From: Oscillospiraceae bacterium
GTDB taxonomy: Bacteria; Bacillota; Clostridia; Oscillospirales; Oscillospiraceae
DNA length: 64,000 nt
Assembly (NCBI GenBank): GCA_017415425.1
Contig: JAFQGT010000005.1
Coordinates: 25,038 to 89,037 of the forward strand
Direction of reading: 5' to 3'
Part shown: one piece after another, positions 44,810 through 55,396 of the stretch
How positions within the stretch are numbered: position 1 is the stretch's first letter
Layout: every line of letters starts with the position of its first letter
Translations under genes and position numbers: made by a program
Notes under the pieces: model-generated
What the model was told of the DNA's origin: nothing
Databases searched by the model: none
The model's input: only the letters and a program-made list of their open reading frames with translations

Positions 44810-45994
44810 ATGAAAGAGTTTGAACTAAAATATGGCTGTAACCCCAATCAGAAGCCTGCAAAGATCTATATGCACGACGGTAGTGAGCTGCCTATTCAGA
44901 TTCTCTCCGGCAGACCCGGCTTTATCAACTTTTTGGATGCATTCAACTCCTGGCAGCTTGTGAAAGAATTGAAGGAAGCTACTGGTATGTGTGCGGTTAC
45001 TTCTTTTAAGCACGTCTCTCCCACCTCTGCAGCAGTAGGTAAAAAATTACCTATGGAGCTTAAAAAGGCTTGCTTTGTGGATGATATTACAGGTTTGGAT
45101 GAGAATCCTCTTGCTTGTGCATATGCCCGTGCCCGCGGCGCTGACCGGCTGTGTTCCTTTGGTGACTGGGTAGCCCTTTCAGATGTTTGTGATGAGTTAA
45201 CTGCATCCTTGATTGCCAGAGAAGTGTCCGATGGTGTGATCGCCCCCGGTTACACTGACAAGGCTCTCGAAATTTTGAAGACCAAGCGCAAGGGTAGCTA
45301 CAATGTGGTGGCTATTGATCCGGATTTTGTTCCTGCGGAGCAGGAAACAAAGCAGGTGTTCGGCATCACCTTCCAGCAGGGTCGGAATAATTTTAAGATT
45401 GGTGCACATTTGCTGGAGAATATTGTTACTGCTAACAAGACCCTTTCTGAAGATGCAAAAATCGACCTGATCATTTCCTTGATCACGCTGAAATACACCC
45501 AGTCCAACTCGGTGTGTTTTGCCTATGACGGACAGGCTATCGGCGTAGGTGCCGGCCAGCAGTCCCGCGTCCACTGCACCCGTCTTGCCGGTGGTAAGGC
45601 AGATACTTGGTTCTTGCGTCAACACCCTAAGACGCTGGCATTGCCTTTCCGTGAGGATCTGGGCCGCCCCGGTCGCGACAATGTGATCGACGGCTACATT
45701 AACGGCAACGAAGAAGATGTCTGTGCAGAGGGTATCTGGCAGAACTACTTTACCGTTCGTCCCGAACCATTGACGGAAGAAGAAAAGCGCGCCTTCCTGG
45801 ATTCCCGTACCGGTGTGGCACTGGGTTCTGATGCGTTCTTCCCCTTTGCTGACAGTATTAAGCGGGCGAAGGCGTCCGGTGTATCCTATATTGCTGAGCC
45901 CGGCGGTTCCATTCGTGACGATCTGGTTATTGAAGAGTGCGATAAGAACAATATGGTTATGGCATTTACAGGTATGCGTCTGTTCCACCACTAA
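44810..45994 (+). CDS. purH: AICAR formyltransferase (stand-alone PurH C-terminal domain)
   Basis: 394 aa. It starts directly with LKYGCNPNQ (compare LRYGENPHQ) and ends MRLFHH. It has no MGS-like IMP cyclohydrolase domain. Confidence 0.88.
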   Translation: MKEFELKYGCNPNQKPAKIYMHDGSELPIQILSGRPGFINFLDAFNSWQLVKELKEATGMCAVTSFKHVSPTSAAVGKKLPMELKKACFVDDITGLDENPLACAYARARGADRLCSFGDWVALSDVCDELTASLIAREVSDGVIAPGYTDKALEILKTKRKGSYNVVAIDPDFVPAEQETKQVFGITFQQGRNNFKIGAHLLENIVTANKTLSEDAKIDLIISLITLKYTQSNSVCFAYDGQAIGVGAGQQSRVHCTRLAGGKADTWFLRQHPKTLALPFREDLGRPGRDNVIDGYINGNEEDVCAEGIWQNYFTVRPEPLTEEEKRAFLDSRTGVALGSDAFFPFADSIKRAKASGVSYIAEPGGSIRDDLVIEECDKNNMVMAFTGMRLFHH

Positions 45995-46008
45995 TGGAGG
46001 ATGTCTCT

Positions 46009-47277
46009 ATGAAAATTATGGTCGTGGGTGGCGGTGGTCGCGAGCACGCCATCATCAAGAAATTAAAAGAAAACTCTGCCGTAGATGAAATCTTTGCTCT
46101 GCCCGGTAACGGTGGTATCGCAAAAGATGCTACCTGCGTGGCCATTGGCGCAAAGGAAATTGAGAAAATTGTGGAATTTGCGGTCAATACCGGTATCGAC
46201 TATGCGGTGGTAGCACCGGACGATCCTTTGGTGTTGGGGTGTGTAGATGCACTGGAAGAAAAGGGCATATCTTGCTTTGGACCCAACGCAAAGGCGGCGA
46301 TCATTGAGGGCAGCAAGGTGTTTTCCAAGAACCTGATGAAAAAGTACAATATCCCTACCGCCGCCTATGAAGTCTTTACGGATATGGACTCTGCATTGTC
46401 CTATCTGGAAACCGCACCGATCCCCACAGTCATTAAAGCGGACGGTCTGGCTTTGGGTAAGGGCGTGATCATCGCTATGACCCGGGATGAGGCTAAAGAT
46501 GCCGTGCGATCTATGATGGCAGAAAAGGTTTTCGGTAAAAGCGGTGACCAAATCGTGATTGAGGAATTTCTCACTGGACCCGAGGTTTCTGTGCTGTCCT
46601 TTACCGACGGCAAAACTGTTGTGCCGATGATCTCCTCTATGGATCACAAGCGGGCAGGGGACAACGATACCGGTCTGAATACAGGCGGTATGGGTACAGT
46701 TGCACCCAATCCCTACTACACAGATGCAATTGCGGCAGAGTGTATGGAAAGGATTTTTCTGCCTACGATCAAGGCGATGAATGCGGAGGGTCGGACATTC
46801 AAGGGCTGCCTTTACTTTGGCTTGATGCTGACACCCAATGGTCCTAAGGTTATTGAGTATAACTGCCGGTTTGGCGATCCGGAGACGCAGGTAGTGTTGC
46901 CCTTGTTGGAAAGTGATTTACTGACTGTAATGCAAGCAACCACCAATGGAACACTGTCTGAAACAGAGGTAAAATTTGCTCAGAAAAACGCTTGTTGTGT
47001 GATTATGGCGTCCGAGGGATACCCTGCTGCCTACGATAAAGGCTTCCCAATGGATATTCCAGAAGCCGTTTGGGATCGTGTATATGTTGCCGGTGCGGCA
47101 GTGAAGGACGGCGTTCTGGTAACCAACGGAGGTCGTGTGCTGGGTGCGACTGCCATTGCTGAATCTTTGGAGACTGCTGTAGAAAACGCGTACGCTATCG
47201 TAAAGACGATTCGTTTTGATAATGCATACTACCGTAACGATATTGGTCAGCGTGCTTTGCAAGCAGGGAGGAACTGA
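46009..47277 (+). CDS. purD: Phosphoribosylamine-glycine ligase
   Basis: Track ORF trimmed to ATG 46009, after GGAGGA. MKIMVVGGGGREHAI, an ATP-grasp core, VIEYNCRFGDPE. Confidence 0.95.
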   Translation: MKIMVVGGGGREHAIIKKLKENSAVDEIFALPGNGGIAKDATCVAIGAKEIEKIVEFAVNTGIDYAVVAPDDPLVLGCVDALEEKGISCFGPNAKAAIIEGSKVFSKNLMKKYNIPTAAYEVFTDMDSALSYLETAPIPTVIKADGLALGKGVIIAMTRDEAKDAVRSMMAEKVFGKSGDQIVIEEFLTGPEVSVLSFTDGKTVVPMISSMDHKRAGDNDTGLNTGGMGTVAPNPYYTDAIAAECMERIFLPTIKAMNAEGRTFKGCLYFGLMLTPNGPKVIEYNCRFGDPETQVVLPLLESDLLTVMQATTNGTLSETEVKFAQKNACCVIMASEGYPAAYDKGFPMDIPEAVWDRVYVAGAAVKDGVLVTNGGRVLGATAIAESLETAVENAYAIVKTIRFDNAYYRNDIGQRALQAGRN

Positions 47278-47279
47278 AA

Positions 47280-50200
47280 TTGGTTTATAGAGTATATGTA
47301 GAAAAGAAAACGGGCCAGACCCACGAGGCAGACAGCCTGCTTAGAGAAGCAAAAGAGTTCCTGCAGATTAAAAACCTGAGTAGCGTCCGTGTGCTTAATC
47401 GTTACGATTGCGAGGGCGTGGACCAGGCGCAGTTTGATTACGCGGTGAATACGGTCTTTTCCGAACCGCAGGTGGATGAAGTGACCTATGAAGTGCCTGT
47501 AGGTAGCATTGTGTTTGCAGTAGAACCTCTACCCGGTCAATTTGACCAGCGAGCTGACTCTGCTGCCCAATGCGTGCAGATACTGTTCCAGTGTGACCGC
47601 CCAATCATTCGCTCTGCCAAGGTGTACGTGTTGGAGGGCGCTCTGTCGGATGCAGAAATTACTGCCTTTAAGAAGCACGTGATCAACGCCGTGGAGAGCC
47701 GCGAGGCATCCCTGGACAAGGTTGAAACGCTGGTTGCAGAATATTCTGCCCCCCAAAGCGTTGCCACTGTTGACGGCTTTATCGATATGGATGAGGCTGG
47801 CCTGGCGGCGTTGCTGGATGCCCTGGGACTTGCAATGGATCTGGATGATCTGAAGTTCCTGCAGGCATATTTCCGTGATGAAGAGCACCGGGATCCTACG
47901 ATTACCGAGGTGCGCGTGGTGGATACATACTGGTCTGACCATTGCCGTCATACCACATTCTCTACCCATATTGACAGTGTGAGTATCGAAGATCCTGCGG
48001 TGCAGGCGGCTTATGAACGTTATCTTGCAGCAAGGGTAGAGGTCTACGGAGAGGAAAAGGCTGCTAAACGGCCCCAGACACTGATGGATGTGGCCACCAT
48101 TGGCGCAAAGGTGCTGAAAAAGCGCGGTCTGCTGCCGGAGCTGGACGAGAGCGAAGAAATCAATGCCTGTTCCATTCACGTAAATGCAAAAGTCAATGGA
48201 GAGAATCAGGATTGGCTGTTGATGTTCAAGAACGAGACCCACAACCATCCCACTGAGATCGAGCCCTTCGGCGGTGCCGCAACCTGTATCGGCGGTTGTA
48301 TCCGTGACCCCCTATCAGGTCGTGCCTATGTCCACCAGGCTATGCGTGTTACCGGTGCCGGCGATCCCCGTGTGTCGTTGAATGATACCCTTGACGGTAA
48401 GCTGCCTCAGAGGAAGCTGTGTCAGACGGCTGCTGCAGGCTATTCCTCTTATGGCAACCAGATCGGTCTGGCAACAGGTCACGTTGCGGAATTGTATCAC
48501 GATGGCTATGTGGCAAAGCGGCTGGAGTGCGGCGCGGTTGTGGCTGCCGCTCCCGCGGTGAATGTCAGACGGGAGCGCCCCGCTGCCGGGGATGTGGTGG
48601 TACTGCTGGGTGGTAGAACCGGTCGTGACGGTATCGGTGGTGCTACCGGTTCTTCCAAGAGCCATAATATGAAATCTCTGACTACAATGGCTTCCGAGGT
48701 TCAGAAGGGCAATGCCCCCGAGGAACGGAAGATCCAGCGGTTGTTCCGGGATCCCAAGGTCACAAGACTTATCAAGCGTTGTAATGACTTTGGCGCAGGC
48801 GGTGTGTCTGTTGCCATTGGTGAACTGGCGGAGGGCCTTCGCATTGATCTAGATGCCGTCCGCAAAAAGTATGAGGGCTTGGATGGCACGGAACTGGCAA
48901 TTTCCGAGTCTCAGGAGCGTATGGCGGTTGTGGTAGCGGCAGAAGATGCTGACACCTTTATTGCAGCCGCTCAGGCTGAAAATCTGGAAGCATACCGTGT
49001 GGCGCAGGTTACCGAGTCTCCCAGAATGGTGATGACTTGGAAGGGCAAGGAAATTGCCAACCTGTCCCGCGCCTTCCTGGATACCAACGGTGCGGTAAAA
49101 CACAGTGATGTATATATTGGGCAGAAAGATCTGTCTGTGCTGCGTAAGGCACTTTACGGCTCTGTGCGGGAAATGGCAGCGGATTTGAAAACAGCCAGCC
49201 AGAGAGGCCTTGTGGAGCGTTTCGATGCGACTGTGGGCGCTGGCAGTGTACTGATGCCCTTTGGCGGTGATCGTCAGCTGACACCTGCGCAAGCAATGGC
49301 AGCTGTGCTGCCGGTGCTGCCCGGTGAGCAGACGGATCAGGGTAGCCTCTTTGCTTGGGGCTGCGATCCGGACCATATGTGTGTGGATCCTTATACAGGT
49401 GCCCACGCTGCGGTTTATAACTCTGTGGCAAAGCTGGTAGCTGCAGGCGCTGATTATAAGCAGGCATATTTGACACTGCAGGAGTTCTTTGAAAAGCTGA
49501 GAAATGAGGCTGACCGCTGGGGCAAACCCTTTGCCGCCCTGTTGGGCGCTATGGACGCACAGCTGGAGTTGAATGCTGCCGCGATCGGTGGTAAAGACTC
49601 TATGTCCGGTACATTCCTGGATAAGGATGTGCCTCCCACACTGATTTCGTTTGCTATTGCACCTGTCGATAAGAATAAGGTCATCACGCCTGAATTTAAG
49701 GCAGCTGGTAATTCTGTGTATGTCTTTGGACCCACAGATGAAACTGCTGAAAGTATGAAGCAGGTTTGGGAAGCTTTCCACGCCCTACATATGCAGGGCA
49801 AGGTAAATGCTGCGTGGGCGGTGGAACACGGCATCGGCGAGGCTGTGATGAAGATGTCCTTCGGTAACAACATCGGCTTCAAGTCTGCTGCAGAACTGGG
49901 AGATAATTGGCATATTCCGTTCTGCGGTTTCCTGGTTGCGGAACTGACAGAAGATGTTCAGATCCCTGGTGTAATGAAGATTGGTCAGACCACAGAAGAA
50001 GCAGTCATTACTCTGGAGGGCGACAACGCATCTATTGAGGAGCTGTATCAGCTGAATGCCACAGTGCTGGAGGATGTATATCCCACCAAGGCTACCCAAC
50101 CTACAGTTGAGATCCCCAATTTGGACTATGTTGAAAAGAGCAATCTGTCTCCTGCCGTCAAGGTTGCCAAACCCAAAGTGCTGATCCCTGTATTCCCTGG

Positions 50201-50969
50201 TACCAACTGTGAGTACGACTCTGCCCGGGCGGTTATGGCTGCCGGCGGCGATGCTGAGATCGTGGTCATTCGCAATCTGACTGCCGAGGATGTTACCCGC
50301 AGTGTGGAAGTGGTTGCAAAGAAGATCGCTGAAAGTCAGATGATCTTTATTCCCGGCGGTTTCTCCGGTGGCGACGAACCCGATGGTTCTGCCAAGTTCA
50401 TCACTGCATTCTTCCGGAATCCTGCGGTGAAGGAAGCGGTTGCCAAGCTGTTGGATGACCGAGATGGTTTGATGTGCGGTATCTGTAATGGTTTCCAGGC
50501 ACTGGTGAAGCTGGGCCTTGTTCCTTATGGCAAGATCATCGACACCGATGCGAACTGTCCGACGCTGACTTATAACACCATCGGAAGACATCAGAGCCGT
50601 ATCGTCCGCACCAGAATTGCATCCACTAAGTCTCCTTGGCTGAGTCTGATGCAAGTTGGTGACGTTGTAAATGTGCCCATTTCCCACGGTGAAGGACGTT
50701 TCTTTGCATCCGAGGAATTGGTAAAGCAGCTGGCTGCCAACGGTCAGATCGCAACACAGTATGTGGACTTGAGTGGCAATCCTACTATGGATACTGCCTT
50801 CAATCCCAACGGTTCGATCTTTGCTGTTGAGGGTATTACCTCTCCCGATGGCCGAGTATTCGGTAAGATGGGTCACAGCGAACGTATTGGCGCGGGTCTT
50901 TATAAAAATGTGCCCGGCAACTACGATATCCGTATGTTCGAGGCCGCAGTTAAGTATTTTAAGGGTTGA
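47280..50969 (+). CDS. purL: Phosphoribosylformylglycinamidine synthase (single-chain, PurS/PurL/PurQ fused)
   Basis: 1229 aa, TTG start after GGGAGGA. ETHNHPT, GGKDSMSG, and a C-terminal glutaminase with an intact nucleophile (GICNGFQ) and HSER. Confidence 0.96.
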   Translation: MVYRVYVEKKTGQTHEADSLLREAKEFLQIKNLSSVRVLNRYDCEGVDQAQFDYAVNTVFSEPQVDEVTYEVPVGSIVFAVEPLPGQFDQRADSAAQCVQILFQCDRPIIRSAKVYVLEGALSDAEITAFKKHVINAVESREASLDKVETLVAEYSAPQSVATVDGFIDMDEAGLAALLDALGLAMDLDDLKFLQAYFRDEEHRDPTITEVRVVDTYWSDHCRHTTFSTHIDSVSIEDPAVQAAYERYLAARVEVYGEEKAAKRPQTLMDVATIGAKVLKKRGLLPELDESEEINACSIHVNAKVNGENQDWLLMFKNETHNHPTEIEPFGGAATCIGGCIRDPLSGRAYVHQAMRVTGAGDPRVSLNDTLDGKLPQRKLCQTAAAGYSSYGNQIGLATGHVAELYHDGYVAKRLECGAVVAAAPAVNVRRERPAAGDVVVLLGGRTGRDGIGGATGSSKSHNMKSLTTMASEVQKGNAPEERKIQRLFRDPKVTRLIKRCNDFGAGGVSVAIGELAEGLRIDLDAVRKKYEGLDGTELAISESQERMAVVVAAEDADTFIAAAQAENLEAYRVAQVTESPRMVMTWKGKEIANLSRAFLDTNGAVKHSDVYIGQKDLSVLRKALYGSVREMAADLKTASQRGLVERFDATVGAGSVLMPFGGDRQLTPAQAMAAVLPVLPGEQTDQGSLFAWGCDPDHMCVDPYTGAHAAVYNSVAKLVAAGADYKQAYLTLQEFFEKLRNEADRWGKPFAALLGAMDAQLELNAAAIGGKDSMSGTFLDKDVPPTLISFAIAPVDKNKVITPEFKAAGNSVYVFGPTDETAESMKQVWEAFHALHMQGKVNAAWAVEHGIGEAVMKMSFGNNIGFKSAAELGDNWHIPFCGFLVAELTEDVQIPGVMKIGQTTEEAVITLEGDNASIEELYQLNATVLEDVYPTKATQPTVEIPNLDYVEKSNLSPAVKVAKPKVLIPVFPGTNCEYDSARAVMAAGGDAEIVVIRNLTAEDVTRSVEVVAKKIAESQMIFIPGGFSGGDEPDGSAKFITAFFRNPAVKEAVAKLLDDRDGLMCGICNGFQALVKLGLVPYGKIIDTDANCPTLTYNTIGRHQSRIVRTRIASTKSPWLSLMQVGDVVNVPISHGEGRFFASEELVKQLAANGQIATQYVDLSGNPTMDTAFNPNGSIFAVEGITSPDGRVFGKMGHSERIGAGLYKNVPGNYDIRMFEAAVKYFKG

Positions 50970-50974
50970 TCAAT

Positions 50975-51008
50975 AAAAAACCGGAAGGCATCAGCCTTCC
51001 GGTTTTTT
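50975..51008. terminator. Bidirectional terminator (purL / ackA)
   Basis: AAAAAA-CCGGAAGGC-ATCA-GCCTTCCGG-TTTTTT. Confidence 0.85.
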
Positions 51009-51017
51009 GTATGTTAT

Positions 51018-52205
51018 TTACTGTTCCAACAGAGCTTTTGCCTTTCTAGCAACGATAATCTCTTCGTTGGTATCTACCACATAGATTCGTACCGGACTTC
51101 CCAGCGTGGAAATGTCATCTCCACCGTTGGCAACGGCATTCTTGTGGGCATCCAGACAGATTCCCAAGAACTCCAATCCCTCAAGGCTCATTGCCCGAAC
51201 GATGTCACTCTTGCGACCGATGCCACCACCAAACACGACGGCATCTACACCGCCCATAGCGGCAGCGTAAGCGCCAATGTATTTTTTGATGCCGTAGGCA
51301 TAGGCCTTGATGGCGTTTTGACAATCTATATTGCCGTTTTTGGCAGCTTCCTGAATGTCCCGCAGGTCATTGGATACAAAACCGGACATACCGTAAAGGC
51401 CGCCCTTTGTTTGCAGCATTGTCTTGACATCTGCAAGATCCATACCGCATTCTTCCACCAAGTGGAAGATGATGTATGGATCCATATCTCCGATGCGGTT
51501 GTTCTGCAGTACGCCGCACTGCAGACCCATACCCATCGTGGTGTCGATGCTGATGCCGTTCTTGACCGCGCACAGGCTGCCGCTGCCGCCTAAATGACAG
51601 CAAACAAGCTTCAGATCTGCTCGGCCCATTTTCTCAGCGGTCCAGCTGGATAAGTATTCCAGTGATGCACCGTGGAATCCGTACCGACGAATGGCGTGTT
51701 CCTTGCTCAACTCCAGGGGAATGGGGTATAGATAAGCTTCCGGGGGCATATTGGCGTGAAAAGCGGTTTCAAAGGATCCAATCAGCGGTGTGTCCGGCAT
51801 CAAGGCCCGGAACTGCCGGATCGCGGCGATATAGGGAGGATTATGGGCAGGAGCAACGGAGTTGAAATCTGCCATCGCCCGCAGCACATCGTCGGTCAGA
51901 TATTGCACGCCGGTAATGCCTTTGGCGTGGACGACCTTAAAACCTACACAGGAGATGTCATCAAGAGAATCCACACAGCTGTCCAGTAACTGCTCCAGCA
52001 TAGCGGAGATTGCCTCCCGGTGGGTGGGGAATACCGCATCGCAGCGGACAGAAGTGCCGCTTAAATGATTGTTGTGATAAAAACTGCTTTTCGCAGCGCC
52101 CACACGCTCTGCGCCGCCGGAGGCAAGTACCTTCTCACCGGCGTTCATATCGAACAGCTGATATTTCAGAGAGGTACTGCCAACATTACAAATCAGAATA
52201 TTCAT
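51018..52205 (-). CDS. ackA: Acetate kinase (acetate/propionate kinase family)
   Basis: Start at ATG 52205, after AAGGAG. MNILICNVGSTSLKYQLFD, RRYGFHGAS, VCCHLGGSGS, GGIG. Confidence 0.87.
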   Translation of the reverse strand: MNILICNVGSTSLKYQLFDMNAGEKVLASGGAERVGAAKSSFYHNNHLSGTSVRCDAVFPTHREAISAMLEQLLDSCVDSLDDISCVGFKVVHAKGITGVQYLTDDVLRAMADFNSVAPAHNPPYIAAIRQFRALMPDTPLIGSFETAFHANMPPEAYLYPIPLELSKEHAIRRYGFHGASLEYLSSWTAEKMGRADLKLVCCHLGGSGSLCAVKNGISIDTTMGMGLQCGVLQNNRIGDMDPYIIFHLVEECGMDLADVKTMLQTKGGLYGMSGFVSNDLRDIQEAAKNGNIDCQNAIKAYAYGIKKYIGAYAAAMGGVDAVVFGGGIGRKSDIVRAMSLEGLEFLGICLDAHKNAVANGGDDISTLGSPVRIYVVDTNEEIIVARKAKALLEQ

Positions 52206-52238
52206 AAGATGCTCCTTTTGAAGATTATAAATCAAGAT

Positions 52239-52922
52239 TCAAACTTTCTTTACTTCAATTACGGATAATGTGTCTTGCTCAACGGTGAATCGGATGTCAA
52301 ATTCTGAGAAACGAAGACCGTAGATACGATCGGGTTTTCTTTGATAGGAGGGGCGTGGGTCGTGGGACAACACCTCTATGGCGGCTTTGCGTTTGTCCTC
52401 TGGGAGGATTTGTAACAGATTGTCTGGGAATTCTACCTGCAAAAGAAAGTCACCTGCGGTGGCAGTAAAGCCTTCAAGGGCCTCCGGAACGCAATCACTG
52501 TAGGGAATATAAGGCTTAATGTCCAGAATTGGAGTGCCGTCCATCAGATCAGCTCCCGCTACGCGGATAACGGTTCCGTGTTCAGCGGTTTGTTCAATGC
52601 CGACGATTTTTACACAGGAAAGGCCGATGGCATTGGGACGAAACGGGGAGCGGGTCGCAAAGACGCCCATTCTTGTGTTTCCGCCCAAACGGGGAGGGCG
52701 TACAGTGGGAGACCATTCTTCCCGGACGGCTTCAGAAAACTGCCAAATGATCCAGATGTGGGAGAAGTCCTCCAATCCTCGCAAGGCATCCGGATTTCTG
52801 TATTCCGGGGCAAAAACAATTGTGGAGTGCAGACTGTATGCTAAGCCACTTTGCCTGGGAATACCAAATTTGGTGGGAAAATCACTTTTCATATGGGCGA
52901 TGGGGCGTACGGTGATATCCAT
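52239..52922 (-). CDS. trmO: tRNA (t6A37-N6)-methyltransferase TrmO/TsaA family
   Basis: Start at ATG 52922, one nt after the stop of the permease gene. FGIPRQSGL, ATRSPFRPN, DGTPILDIKPYIP. Confidence 0.85.
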   Translation of the reverse strand: MDITVRPIAHMKSDFPTKFGIPRQSGLAYSLHSTIVFAPEYRNPDALRGLEDFSHIWIIWQFSEAVREEWSPTVRPPRLGGNTRMGVFATRSPFRPNAIGLSCVKIVGIEQTAEHGTVIRVAGADLMDGTPILDIKPYIPYSDCVPEALEGFTATAGDFLLQVEFPDNLLQILPEDKRKAAIEVLSHDPRPSYQRKPDRIYGLRFSEFDIRFTVEQDTLSVIEVKKV

Positions 52923-52923
52923 A

Positions 52924-53766
52924 TCAACACCTTGCCTTTCTGAAGCAGAAGGAAATTGCAAACATAAGCGCCAAAATCAGTGAGATAGCAGCGCCGGAGG
53001 ATGCTCCCAAGTGATAGGAAAGGATCAGTCCCAAGACACCGGAGACCATAGCAAACAGTATGGAAAAGGCGTGATACTGCCGCAGATTTTTTGCAATGTT
53101 ACGGGCGGATGCAGCAGGCAGAATCAGCAAGGAGTTTAAGATCAGCAATCCGATCCACGAGATAGACAGTGTCACGATCACAGCTATGGCGATTGTAAAC
53201 AATGTTTGCGTCAAGGCTGGGGACACACCTCTGGAGGAGGCAAGCTGCGGATGGACAGAGGCCAGTGTCAGCCGGTTGCTATACAAAAACCAAAATATGA
53301 TGACAGCCAGAAGAACCAATGCCAACAGACCAATCTCAGTGGGGGTAACCGAGAGAATGTCGCCGATCAGATACTGGTTATACTTTGTAAAGCTGCTGCC
53401 GCGTAGGGTGGCAATGAAAATACCCAATGCTACAGTGGTGCAGGAAAACACACCGATCAAAGTATCCGCAGTATGATTACTGCGGCTGCGGACAAAGGAA
53501 AACAGCAGCGCAAAAGCGATGGAAAAGACGACTGCTACCCAAGTAGGCGCAGCAATACCGCAGATGCAGCCGATCGCAATGCCGGTAAAGGCGGAATGAC
53601 CCAGGGCATCTGAAAAAAAGCTCATTTTTCCGGTTACGATCATAGTGGAGGTCAGACCGAACAATGGAGCAATCAGCAAAATAGCCAGCAAAGCGTTGCA
53701 CATAAAACGCCAGTGCAGCATTTGAAAGGGAAGTGCCTCCCACAGAGAATACCACAGTTCCATCAA
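52924..53766 (-). CDS. znuB: Metal (Zn/Mn-type) ABC transporter permease
   Basis: 280 aa, about 8 TM helices, ABC-3 type (FSDALGHSAFTGIA). It overlaps the ATPase gene stop. Confidence 0.85.
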   Translation of the reverse strand: MMELWYSLWEALPFQMLHWRFMCNALLAILLIAPLFGLTSTMIVTGKMSFFSDALGHSAFTGIAIGCICGIAAPTWVAVVFSIAFALLFSFVRSRSNHTADTLIGVFSCTTVALGIFIATLRGSSFTKYNQYLIGDILSVTPTEIGLLALVLLAVIIFWFLYSNRLTLASVHPQLASSRGVSPALTQTLFTIAIAVIVTLSISWIGLLILNSLLILPAASARNIAKNLRQYHAFSILFAMVSGVLGLILSYHLGASSGAAISLILALMFAISFCFRKARC

Positions 53767-54515
53767 AGGATGCCTCCTTTCCGGTTAAACACGCGGCAAA
53801 ATTCTTCCGACTGCAAGACTGCTTCTGGGGTACCCTCACACACAACACGGTGATCGATTAGCGCTACGGTGTCTGCATAGCGGGGCAGCATATGAAAATC
53901 GTGAGTTGTCATAAGAATGGACAGATCATAGCTTTTTCGCAGTTCATCCAGCATATCCATCAGGGTTTCCATACCTTCCACATCAACACCGGATAGCGGC
54001 TCGTCCAGAATCAAAATGTTGGGAATAGGCTCCAGTGCAAGCGCCAACAAGACTCGCTGCAGCTCACCGCCGGAAAGTGTGCCCACACGCTTGTCAATTA
54101 AATTCTCCCCGTGCACCCGCTCCAGACAGCTGAGAACCTTGTTACGCATACTGCGGGACAGACCGAGAAATGCAGGACGCCTGCTCATGCAGCAAGCGAA
54201 AAGATCCGCAACAGTGAGGGGGTCACCGGGGTCAAAGGTAGGACTTTGCGGAACATAACCTATGACCGCTTTTCTCTTTCTTTGTCCTGGAACGGAGAAT
54301 GAGATAATGCCATCATATTCCTGCTGACCCAGAATTGCTTTGATCAGCGTACTTTTGCCAGCACCGTTAGGGCCGATGAGGGCGATCATCTGACCGCAGT
54401 GCACGTGTAGATTGACACCGCTAAGTATGCTGTCACCGCCAATCTTCACAGACATATTTTCAATCCGAAGGCAGCAAGAGTGGCCACAGGCGCCGCCGTG
54501 CATTCCGATATTCAT
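53763..54515 (-). CDS. znuC: Metal ABC transporter ATP-binding protein
   Basis: Walker A GPNGAGKST, signature LSGGELQR, Walker B ILILDEP. It overlaps the stop of the substrate-binding protein gene (ATGA). Confidence 0.88.
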   Translation of the reverse strand: MNIGMHGGACGHSCCLRIENMSVKIGGDSILSGVNLHVHCGQMIALIGPNGAGKSTLIKAILGQQEYDGIISFSVPGQRKRKAVIGYVPQSPTFDPGDPLTVADLFACCMSRRPAFLGLSRSMRNKVLSCLERVHGENLIDKRVGTLSGGELQRVLLALALEPIPNILILDEPLSGVDVEGMETLMDMLDELRKSYDLSILMTTHDFHMLPRYADTVALIDHRVVCEGTPEAVLQSEEFCRVFNRKGGIL

Positions 54516-55396
54516 CCCAGTGCCTCCTTCAGTGTGTTAATGTTATGATACATAGCTTCAAAATAGCTACTGCCGGACATTGCCATATCCAGTGTATAGA
54601 TAGCAGTGCCGGTTTCCGCGGCAATGATCCGGGCGGCAGAAGTACTGCCATAGGTTTCCGTAAATACAGCAGGCAGATGATGTTCGTTCACCAGCGTGAT
54701 CAGGGATATCAGTTCCTGCGCGGATGCCTCACTGCCGGACTCCTCTTCTACTGCTTCCAAAATGTTCAATTGGAAATCCCGTGCCAGATAGGAAAAACCG
54801 TCGTGAAATGTGATAAGATCTCTGAATTTAAGATTCTGTAATTGCGTATGTCCGTATTGACGCAGCTCCTGCAGATCGCATAAAAGACCATTCAAATTCC
54901 GGTTGAATTGATTTTTATGCTGCGGATATAACACGGTCAGTTCGTCGCAGATGTTTTGACTCATCTGCATAGCGGCATCCGGTGACAGCCAAATATGGGG
55001 ATCTTCCTGGTGATGATGCTCCTGACCGTGCGCTTCATTATAGTCGTGGGAGTGGCCGATGTCAATCAAATCCACGTTGGTGGACGCGTTGATGACGCAG
55101 GAGGCGTTCTGCAGAATATCTGTCATAAAATCCTCCAAACCTGCTCCGGTGATCACGATCGCATCGGCAGATTCCAGTTCCTTCATCTGGCTGACCTGTA
55201 GGGTATAATCGTGCAGACAGGATACATTTTCAGTGACCAGGCAAGTAACAGGGATACCGGTTCCCTGACACAAACGCATAGTGAATTCGTATACCGGCAA
55301 TGTGGTTGCAGCAATACCACCGTCCTGTGGAGTGGCACACCCGCCAATGCAACTCAATAACAGGCAAATTATTAGCAAAAGGATGACTCGTTTCAT
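54512..55396 (-). CDS. znuA: Metal ABC transporter substrate-binding lipoprotein, His-rich loop (zinc-type)
   Basis: Start moved to ATG 55396 (MKRVILLLIICLLLSCIGGC, with a lipobox). His-rich loop HSHDYNEAHGQEHHHQEDPH, followed by IWLSP. Confidence 0.85.
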   Translation of the reverse strand: MKRVILLLIICLLLSCIGGCATPQDGGIAATTLPVYEFTMRLCQGTGIPVTCLVTENVSCLHDYTLQVSQMKELESADAIVITGAGLEDFMTDILQNASCVINASTNVDLIDIGHSHDYNEAHGQEHHHQEDPHIWLSPDAAMQMSQNICDELTVLYPQHKNQFNRNLNGLLCDLQELRQYGHTQLQNLKFRDLITFHDGFSYLARDFQLNILEAVEEESGSEASAQELISLITLVNEHHLPAVFTETYGSTSAARIIAAETGTAIYTLDMAMSGSSYFEAMYHNINTLKEALG

